A stretch of 64,000 nucleotides of DNA from Chrysomallon squamiferum (Eukaryota; Animalia; Mollusca): contig CM022679.1 of assembly GCA_012295275.1 (NCBI GenBank), positions 18,228,001-18,292,000 on the forward strand, in the 5' to 3' direction. The notes under the pieces are model-generated. The model was not told the origin of the DNA. It saw only the letters and a list, made by a program, of their open reading frames with translations, and did not search any database. The position numbers and the translations under genes are program-made. Positions 54,177 to 64,000 of the stretch are shown piece by piece. Each line of letters begins with the position of its first letter. Positions within the stretch are counted from its first letter, which is position 1.

Positions 54177-57100
54177 GTGAGTGAAAAAAAAAAAACGATT
54201 ACATTTTTAAGGGTTATTTCCTTTGTGAGTGTTTAATGATAATAAATGTTAATATCTTAAACTTTTTAAGTAGGCGTATCACTGTGACTGTTACAGTGTT
54301 AGTGTTACAGTGTTACTCACTTACTGTTACAGTGTTAGTGTTAATGTTATTAACTTATTAAGTGTTAACACTTTCAGATTATAGAATAATATCATTAAAA
54401 AAATAGTTCCTATTCTTTCCAAACCTAACACTATTGAAACATAGTTTAAGTTTTTTCTTTCTGATTAGGAATCTTTTTACAGAATTGAAATATCTCCACC
54501 CAGTAAAGAGATCATTTTATTTTGAAGGTCGGTAATTTGTATGGGGTTTTGTGACATGTCATTGATAATAATATAAGAATATAATACAGTGAATACTCAG
54601 TAGGTCTGTACGGGACACTTTTTAACCTTCTAATAAAGAGTTCATATTTTTTAATAACTTTCTTCATTCACCAAAAGGCATATATGTTAATAAAAACTCG
54701 CAAAAAAGAAGATTTTAATACGTTTTTTTTTTTTTTTTTTTTTTTAATCATTAAAAAAAAGAGAAATAGCATTAACAGCATTCATTGTATTGGGCTAACT
54801 TGTATTTAAAAGTAGCCTTGAATGTTTGAAATATAACCCCCCTTAAATTTGGTTGGCAGCTGTCTGAGATGTAATGGATAGATTGTAATGTTGATAATTT
54901 TAAATGAGAGATGAGATAAAATACTTTATAATGACATTTATTTTATAATATTTTATTGATTATTAAATCAGTTACAAAGTACGAAAGTTGATTGATATTT
55001 TGTTTCTTGAATTTGTTGTTCATAATTAATATTTTTAAATAAGGCTGGGATTCTGTATGCCCAACACTGACAAAAACTGAAGTGGCAGTGATGATGAAGA
55101 GCTGAATCAGACTCAAGACACAAATGAACAAATCCATAAAATGAAATGATATATTAATAATGCATCTTTTGACAGCAGTATTTTGCAGTGGTATGCAGAC
55201 CTACACATTCCAATGCAAATATAATAAAAGGTGTCCATTTTTTCTGCAGTTCAATTAAACATCCCTGCATTCTTGTGCAGATGCATGATAGAGTGCAAAA
55301 TTGTTCTGACTAATTCATTGAACCTTTCTAAAACCATCCAGTCCTGACAAGGTGTAGAAAGAGGTTCACCCAGAAAAAATGTCTTTGTGAAAAAGTGAAA
55401 ACTTAGATGAATCATTTTTTAAAAACATTCTGATTGTAATACATAAGGCATTTTATACAATTATTTTATTTTAATTATTATTATTTTTTTTTTTGGCAAG
55501 TGAATTCTAAAATACAGTTTGTTTGTTTTATATGATTTTGTTCTTATTTTATTACTAATAATACCAAAAGAAGTATGCAGCATCCATTACATACTGAAGA
55601 AAAACTGACTGCAGCTAAAGACCTAAACTGGCTAAAGATTTCATTCCTAAAACATACAAATTTGAATTTTGTTGTAGATAAGTGGGAAATTGTCAATGTT
55701 TTTATAGTTGCTGATAATTACAAATTTGTTGCTTTTTTTTTTTTTAATAAACAATTTAAAAAAATAAACTTAGCAATAAATATATAAATATTAATTTATA
55801 TTTTAATCAGTTAACTGATAATGAAACATGGATTTGTGATTTTCATTCCAATAGGTTTGATTTTAAGAATGCATAATAATTAACATATATTGTGATTATT
55901 TTGACTTCTTGGGGTTAATACTACATTTCATTGTTATTGTTTTAATTGTTGGCTTTTGTCAGTAATTAGGTGGAAGGACTCCTTAAAAAATATGTTCTTT
56001 GGAAAAGGTGCAGTCATGATTGTCTGATGCTATAATTTGCATATCATTACAGTATAGTCAAAACCTAATTACTCTATTTACATAGATTTCTTTCTAACAA
56101 TTAATAAATGTGTGCATATGCACAGACCCACACACACACACATAAGTATATATCAGGTTGGGGGAAAATGTAACTTGATCTTTTAATCTAGCCTAGTTCT
56201 TAGAGAGGTCTCTTAATCTCATTGACTGGTAAAACTGATGGCATTAGTGATGATGAAATTGTTGCTAAGCTTACTTCTGTAGCCATGTTTGCTTTTAACA
56301 GAGCTTGTTATCACATATCCAACAGTGTTGTCTTGTTTATACTCAATTCAAAATAGTACACAATTCATTGCTGATTACTGCTGTACAAAAACCCCACTAA
56401 CTGACAGTTGACATTGATAAATTGTGTGCGTATGTGCGTATGTGTTTGATCAATGAACGAAAAAGTAATGTTTTTGGAGTTGGTGAAGGCCCATGGAAAG
56501 CCTTGATATTCACAAAGCCCAGGGTGCACAAAGAGAGCAAACTGTGACATTTAGGGTCCTGCATATGTGTTGGTTAGAAGATAACAAAACAACTGAATGA
56601 TTCAAATTTATTCAGCTTCAGAAAAACTGCAGTTTTTATAGTGGAATCAACTAGTCCCCATCTGGGTTCTAGTGCTTGCACTGACTTGATTATCTAGCCT
56701 CTTTCATGGAATTTTTAATGACTGCTGTCCAAGGATGATCTACTTGTAGCCACAGTATTGCCAATTTCCTGACATTATACATATTTTCTGAAAGTTTCAG
56801 GAACCACACACACAGACACACACACATACACACCCCCTCCTATGTCACCTAAAATCTGCATATCCAAGCAATATCTCTCTGTATTATTAAAAGTTAAAAA
56901 GTTCCTTCTCATTATGACATTTTATTAGAATATATTAACTCTTTTCATAATTAAGATTATCTTAAAATAGTGTCTGTTCATTTTCATCTTTTTAATTTTT
57001 TTTTTATTATGACAGTTTTGCTGTTTCATTCAAGTATGAAGCGTGCTATACAGGAGGCCAGTTGCAGGTATTTACTATTCCCTGTTTTTCTTTTTAAATT

Positions 57101-60100
57101 TTTGTTTTACAATACTCTGATTTCAGTTAATATTACTGTTTCAACATTTTAGTCATCCTTTCTTCAAATTAGGTAAATGTAATGACATTAAAACATTTTG
57201 TTATATCTGCTGTGTTGTGTGTTTAAAGGTATTGGTTTTTTTTTTTTTGCTGCTGAAAGAAAGTCACAGGGAATACAAATCGTAGAATATTTCGTAGAAT
57301 GTAGTGATATTAAAACAATTTATGTTTGCTGTTTTGTATTTATAAAGATGTTTTTGTTCTCTGTTGGAAGAAAGTAACTGAGACCATAAGAATATAACAT
57401 AAATTCATATAGAGTACTACCAGCAAATGATAAAAACTTCACTTCAACTCTGATGGAGAAAAAAATTAAATGTTAATTCCATCCTGTACAGTCAGTGCAA
57501 AATAAATTACTTATGTTGTCTTATTTCTATTTTAATACATGTATTTATTTTCTAAACTAATGTCTGCTCAATATAACTAAAATATTTTGTTATACATAGC
57601 TAAAATTATTTAACATTGTAGACTTCATAGTACCTCATGATTATTTCATGTCATATCATTAATAGAATTATTCCCCAAACTCTTATTTTTGTGTTTCTTA
57701 CAGGTTGGAAATTTGAAATGCCAAATACATCAGTAGTTTAGGAAATAACAAATTCCAAAACTTGAATTTAGTCAAAAACAGTTGCAGAGCTGCTTATTTC
57801 AATGTTCTAATGTACCCTTTTATTTTTTAATTACAAAATTCAGTAGTTTTCATTGAAATGTTTTTCTTCCAATTTAAGAATGCATGAAAATTGTATATGC
57901 ATAAAAAAAAAAAAAAAAAAACTTTTTTTGCACTGTAATTTTTTCATATTTGCATTTTTGAATAGATTTCCAAAGATGGGTGTACCATATTTTCTGGATG
58001 TGGCAACAAAGTTCAAGTTCTTGATTACAAATCTGGCAAGATTCAGTATGCAATTGGACAGGTTAGGCTTATATTAACACAATATAATATTTTGTTCTTA
58101 TGTACAAATGTTTTTTTTTTTTTTTTTTTACATAAGAAATGTTTTATTTTCTTTGATGAAATGTACTGAATTTTGAAATAAATTTTTAATACAGTAAAAT
58201 ATTGATGGATTAGTATTTCTTATTACAACATACACATGTAATAATAAGTAAATGAAGTAATGTATAGCATTTGGTTAAATTCAAAGATAGATTTAAAACA
58301 AATTAAAATACTGAATAGAATTACTATATTCCAATTTTGTTTACCTTGCAGGATGAAGATGAAGTAATTTCATGTTTTTGTCTCAGTCCAGATGATACGG
58401 TTTGTTATTTTTTCTGTATCTGTTTGAATATGAAATGACATGATTTCATAATAATTGCTGAAATTATTGTTAGAAACATTAAACATTAACATTACAAAAA
58501 TTATACTGACTTTTTGATAATACCATTAAACATCCTCTTTAATCAGTCTGATCAAGTTCAGCTGATGTATATGATACAGGAAATGTGTATAATTCCTGAA
58601 AATAAATTTCATACATGATTCATTCAAAAGGTTGCAATGCAGTATAATATCTGAAATGAAAGTAATGTGGCCAGAGTTGGCAAGGGTCCATAGAAGGAAA
58701 ACTTTGATAATATGACAATAAGGACATGCTTGTGGGTTTTTTTTGTTAGGAGATAACAGTATGGCACAGTTGGGTTCTGGTGTTCACACTGCTATATCAT
58801 TGAATCCCTTATTGACTGCAGTGGGAGAATGAACCATTTGCAGCCATCTATTGCCAGTTTCCTGAGTTAATCAGAAAATGCACATATTTCAGAAATTTAT
58901 ACATTCTTCCTGTAATATATATAAATATATATTGTTTTGTTACAGTATCTAATCATTGCCACACACAATTTACTTCTGAGACAGTGGAATTGGAAAGAAA
59001 AACATCTTTTGTGGACTTGGAGGGTAAGTTTTGCATATAAAATATTGAAAATATTAACACTTTACCAATTTTTATTTTTTAAAATTGTTTTTAATTAATA
59101 ATATGGTTTATTGTTTCAGATAATCCATGTGGCTCCAATTTCATGTATGACCTTTGACTTGACATCTAGTTTGGTAGTGACAGGAGGCTGTGATTCCTGT
59201 ATAAAGATATGGGATATCAGAAAACAGTATTGTACCCATAACCTCTGTGGGCATCAGGGTGTTGTTAGGTAGGTAACAAATACTACTTTGGATGGTGAAA
59301 TAACTATTATGATCAAGAAAACAAGATCTGATCAAAAAATATTTTTGTATAACTAAATTTGTATGATTTATAAAAATATTGACGAATGAATGGCAGATCA
59401 ATTCAACACAGGCCATAGATTCTGTTGCATACATTTGACTGACTATAAATAATTTTCAGTGAACAAATCTTCCTGATAAATATAATAGGTATTTTGATTA
59501 TCATTTGCTGAAATTGGAATAAAGGTATTTTAATTATTTATATGAACAACCAGTTTATTAAGTATGTCCTAAGTTGAGATCTTGCATTACACTGATTTTA
59601 TTGTTGAGTTAAATAAATTGTAAGCTGTTGCAATTAGGACTATCTGAGTTGGAACTTTAATGAAATCGTCACTAAATCGAAAACTTTAAATATTTTAAAA
59701 CTTTCTTATTTTTTAGTGTTGTTAGTTTTAACCCATGTTTTGGGAAGCTACAGCTTGCATCTGCAGCAGAAGATTACAAAATAAGAATCTGGGATTTAAA
59801 AACCAGTTCTTGTTTGGAAGTTCTGGAAGTTCACTGTAGTAGAATTACTACATTAGTTTTCTCATCTGATGGCAGTTACATGTACAGGTATGTTTGTTTG
59901 ATAATACTCATTTAAATCATCAATGTTTAAACATTTTGTATGATTTTTATTTACCACCTTCTAAAAAGTACCAGTGTAAATAAATTCTTTATTTAACAAT
60001 TTAGTGATTTACTTCATATATATATATATATGTATATATAAACTGATGTTTCAACAAAGGTGATTCAATGTTTAATCCCCATCAAAAAGGTTAAAATTTA

Positions 60101-60745
60101 ACTTCACCATCTTACATTGTAGTTACTTTTCAAAAGTGTGGGTGTTGGTCTCTTCTTTAGACTCTTGTATTCTTAGCAACAAAAAAACAACTTGAATAAG
60201 CAAAATTGTTTTTAGGTTTTTGACATGACCATTTAGAAAATGTAGATAAAAAATTTACTTTTTCAGATAAATGGTTCAGTTTTTTTGCAAAAGGAAGTGC
60301 ATATACACAGATTACATACTAATGATGCATAACATCATCCCTATAAGTGGAAATGTGGTTTATAAAACTTCATTTGTTTTTTTTAATCACTTATCTTTGT
60401 TTGTACTATCCTAACATTTTTGGAAAGATGCTGCATGAAAAATATTTGTGCTAGAGTTCCCAAATTTAAAAATATGCTCTACAAAATGACAGAAAGAAAA
60501 TCTTGGAAAAATTAACTATTCTCTTCCTATAACCTTTATACAACTTTCTTTGGTTTCAAAATAGATGGAAAAACATTTACTTTTTTTTTAAAATTCTTTT
60601 GTAGTATGTAAACATACACTAATTTTTATATCTTGGTTTTTCATTCTAAATGGTCCAAATATACATCAACTTTTTGGATGTGCCTATCTTTCAGGTAGTC
60701 AAAAAAAAAAGAAAAAGAAAATAAAAGTATAATAATAATAATTAA

Positions 60746-60780
<35 letters not shown>

Positions 60781-61187
60781 ATATTTACTATTCTAAATTA
60801 ATTTTATTTCAGATATACAAAATAATGACAGATTCAGAATATATAGATATATACACACATACATACATACATGTATTTGGTTTTGGTTGAAGAGGTTCAT
60901 GAAATAGGATACCATAATATTAAAAATAAAAACAAAATTTAAAAACATTTGTCATAAAATAATAAACTGGCACTAGTTTTTTATAGTAACACATGGAGAT
61001 TATTTTCATTTTTGTAATATGATTTTTTATTTCTGTCACACATTTCCCCTTAAGGATGAGATTGATAAAACTCAGCATCATTGAAAATGAAAAAGGCCAA
61101 TAATTCTGAATCTGTCATTATTTTGTACATCTGAAATAAAAATTAATTTAGAATAGTGAATGTTTATTTATTTATTTATTTATTATA

Positions 61188-61227
<40 letters not shown>

Positions 61228-62033
61228 ACCTGACAGATAGGCACATCCAGAAATTTATGTATATTTGGACAATTTAGAATGAAAAACTGAGATATAAAAA
61301 TTTAAATTTTGCAGGCAACTGCAAATTACATCTAAATCTATGTATGTGAGCTTAAACACATTTGGCAATATGACATCTAATGACCTCATGCTAAAAATGC
61401 TATGTTTACAAAAAGTAATTTTTAACACCTTGACGATTTCATAATCCTTTCAGTGGTGGGAGAGACAGTATTGTGGTTGTGTGGAACATGGAACAGTTGA
61501 AAGTGAAGAAAACAATACCTGTCTTTGAGGTAATTGTTTATTATTTCTTTACTATTTTACTATGCATGTCTTTGGTTTTTAGAAATGTCGATAGGTTTCT
61601 GTTAGAAACGTTCTAGAAAGTTATGTAAAAATATATTTTCAGAGTGTGGAGGCCTTGGTATTACTGGATTGTAAGGAAGAATATAAATGGCTAGAGGTGC
61701 AGGATAATGCTCAACAATATGTTGTTATTGCTGGAAACAAAGGTATGTTTTTAACATGAAAATATGACATGGAATAACAGATATTTTTGTGTATGTTAAT
61801 TTTCAATTCAATTTTCTTTCTTTTTGGCCATTTATATTAATGTTTAACTTTTTACATAACAATTTTATTGAATTCTAAAAGTACAGTGTTGCCTCTTACT
61901 TTAGACATTCCACAGTTCAAATGCTAAATTTGAGAGAAATTGTGTCTGGAGTTTGAATATTGCTTCTGTGTTCACACTGTGCATTCAGTACAAAATTGAA
62001 CTCACTGCTTAAACAAATTAACTTTAATTAATG

Positions 62034-62074
<41 letters not shown>

Positions 62075-62337
62075 TTGTATTTTACTGATATTTCCATGCT
62101 AATGTTCTGCTTTACAAAGTAAAATATCTTAAACATTTTTTATTGTCACTTTTATTTGTGAATCAAAATAAATTAGAAACATGATATTTTTCTGATTTAC
62201 AAAACTATTCTGTTGTACATAGTCAGAACTCCTTATCAAATATTTTTGAAAGTGGGTGCCACCTAAATTGAATTGTGTACTGGAGACAGAAGTCTGATAA
62301 ATCATGTTAAAAAGCATTTGTACCTTTAAAAGTATTT

Positions 62338-62376
<39 letters not shown>

Positions 62377-64000
62377 AAAAAACACATTGACATATTTTAT
62401 TGAGAATCATTGTTATGTAACTTAATATTTTTACAGGAAAGTTGCATGTTGTAAATACAGTCACAGGAAAGTGTGTGTATGAACAAAGTTGTTTGAACAA
62501 TAAGGATAAAGAAGATGATCAAACTATCATAGACTTACTGTACTCACAGACCCTGAAACAATTTGCTGTTGTCACCTTTGATCACGACATACTGTTTTAC
62601 AGTGAAGAGGATTTTAAACTTAAGAAACAGGTAATTTCAAGTGACTTTCATGTTTGTAGTGATAGTCTTTCCATAGGCAGTGGAAATTTTCATAAAATGA
62701 AGAAAATAATTACAGCCCATTCAGTTAAAAACAGACACCCCCCCTCCAACATTTAGTTAGGTTTGGGTCATTTAGGACACAAATCAAAGATATCTGAACC
62801 ATGCAAGAGAAAGATGCTTAATGTGTGTAACTGTAAATTCAGTACTTGAATAAAATATATTAAGGATATGTTTGAATAATTAGACAGATCACAAATGAGA
62901 GTTGGTTGAAAAGTTGCACTTACGGAATTTAAGAATGCTAAAAAATAAGAACACTCAGTCTAAACTTTAAAAAAAAAATAAAAAATTTATTTACAGTTGG
63001 CTGGTTTCATAGATGAAATACTTGATGTGAAATTCCTTGGCAAGAATGATTCTCACCTGGTAGTTGTTAGTAACAGTAATAAGTTAAAGGTGTTTGAGAT
63101 TGATTCATGGGACTGCCAGATTTTATCTGGACACTCGGACATCATTCTAAGTGCTGATGTTTGTCAAACATTTGGATATATTGTCACATCATCCAAGGTA
63201 AGGAATCAAAACTTTCCGTAATCAGTATTTAATGTACTTTAACATACTCTTTGTATTAAAATATATTTAAATATATATGTTTTTAAACAATAAAAATTAT
63301 GGCATTTATACCTGTTAATCTATTTCATTCAATCCTTTTTAGATTTTTTGATTTTTAAATTTATTTCTTTTTCTTTTTTTATTCAGTGTCTTCCTCCTAC
63401 AGGCTATTTTTTATTTTGATCTGTGATTCATTTTCATAATAGTTTTGAAGAAAAATTAAATAATTCAGTGGGCATTTTGATTCCATATTCTTTATATTGT
63501 TTCTAGGACAACACGATTAGGTTGTGGAAGTTGCTTCCTGAATCCAACAAAGTAGCATGTGTTGCTGTAGGATATGGACATACTGAAGCCATTGGAGCTG
63601 TGTATTTCTCTAGGTACAGGATAAATTTATTAGATTTCAAAAAAGAAAAAGAAAACCCTCATAATTCATTTTAGTTGAAATTAATTTAGGACAGATAAAT
63701 TTGAAAACTATTCAGCATTGTTTTATCCACATGATATATAAAAACTGTTTTCTGTTAAATATGTAAACATCAGTTTTTAAAATATTTTTCTCTTTCTTCT
63801 TTCTAGAAAGACGACAACATTTATTGTGAGTGGTGGTCAGGATAGCACATTAAAAAAATGGCTGCTTCCATCAGAAGTTGACACTGAAGTCGTTACTACA
63901 CTTACAGTTACAGCTACAGAAAGAGCTCACGAGAAGGATATTAATTCAGTGGCTGTATCTCCTAATGATAAATTCATAGTCACAGGATCACAAGATAAAA
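54157..64000 (+). CDS. TBL3: Transducin beta-like protein 3 (UTP13, WD40 SSU-processome factor), 5' part: 13 coding exons, runs off the window end
   Basis: Exons join in frame across GT-AG introns. The protein follows TBL3 motifs: K-S-N-F-A-V, YTGG, IHVAPI, TGGCD, SGGRD, TIPVFESVE, DEILDVKF, HEKDINSVAVSPNDK. Confidence 0.96.
57016..57067 (+). CDS. TBL3: TBL3 exon 2
   Basis: FAVSFKYEACYTGGQLQ. Confidence 0.92.
57966..58061 (+). CDS. TBL3: TBL3 exon 3
   Basis: ISKDGCTIFSGCGNKVQVLDYKSGKIQYAIGQ. Confidence 0.93.
58352..58399 (+). CDS. TBL3: TBL3 exon 4
   Basis: DEDEVISCFCLSPDDT. Confidence 0.92.
58946..59023 (+). CDS. TBL3: TBL3 exon 5
   Basis: YLIIATHNLLLRQWNWKEKHLLWTWR. Confidence 0.94.
59120..59268 (+). 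CDS. TBL3: TBL3 exon 6
   Basis: IIHVAPISCMTFDLTSSLVVTGGCDSCIKIWDIRKQYCTHNLCGHQGVV. Confidence 0.95.
59717..59887 (+). CDS. TBL3: TBL3 exon 7
   Basis: VVSFNPCFGKLQLASAAEDYKIRIWDLKTSSCLEVLEVHCSRITTLVFSSDGSYMY. Confidence 0.95.
60744..60782. repeat. (AAAT)n microsatellite
   Basis: Read directly from the sequence. Confidence 0.9.
61454..61529 (+). CDS. TBL3: TBL3 exon 8
   Basis: (S)GGRDSIVVVWNMEQLKVKKTIPVFE. Confidence 0.95.
61643..61742 (+). CDS. TBL3: TBL3 exon 9
   Basis: SVEALVLLDCKEEYKWLEVQDNAQQYVVIAGNK. Confidence 0.94.
62340..62375. repeat. (AC)n microsatellite
   Basis: Read directly from the sequence. Confidence 0.95.
62437..62630 (+). CDS. TBL3: TBL3 exon 10
   Basis: (G)KLHVVNTVTGKCVYEQ...FAVVTFDHDILFYSEEDFKLKKQ. 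Confidence 0.94.
62997..63197 (+). CDS. TBL3: TBL3 exon 11
   Basis: LAGFIDEILDVKFLGKNDSHLVVVSNS...CQILSGHSDIILSADV...IVTSSK. Confidence 0.96.
63507..63613 (+). CDS. TBL3: TBL3 exon 12
   Basis: DNTIRLWKLLPESNKVACVAVGYGHTEAIGAVYFS. Confidence 0.95.
63807..64000 (+). CDS. TBL3: TBL3 exon 13 (truncated by the window end)
   Basis: (R)KTTTFIVSGGQDSTLKKW...ERAHEKDINSVAVSPNDKFIVTGSQDK. Confidence 0.95.

Noticed and set aside
55088-55110. TGATGA...CTGA as an intronic C/D box snoRNA in TBL3
   Set aside because: The boxes are too close together, and there is no terminal stem or recognisable rRNA guide.

Overview
This is AT-rich, intron-rich eukaryotic (invertebrate animal) genomic DNA; a mollusc-like origin is only an inference. 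Four genes can be assembled by hand from GT-AG exons with consistent reading phases. They are the last coding exon of an SLC9B/NHA-type Na+/H+ antiporter (+, 2965-3303), a complete two-coding-exon SLC35D-family nucleotide-sugar transporter (-, 12482-14040, 340 aa), a complete 20-exon mitochondrial Rho GTPase Miro/RHOT (-, 24437-52817, 626 aa), and the first 13 coding exons of TBL3/UTP13 (+, 54157 to the window end). Miro and TBL3 are head-to-head across a ~1.3 kb promoter with ETS and E-box motifs. Introns and intergenic DNA hold MITEs (Tc2-like, hAT-like, Sola-like), decayed MULE, Tc1/mariner and LINE remnants, and microsatellites. The most interesting signal is the last Miro intron. It holds an in-frame 69-nt candidate cassette exon just before the tail anchor, with an RBFOX motif downstream, plus several candidate anchor-less terminal exons. 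Also notable are CpG-decay footprints, a direct repeat bracketing the shared promoter and a perfect 20-bp hairpin. Most short ORFs in the supplied track are noise. I see no prokaryote-type system.
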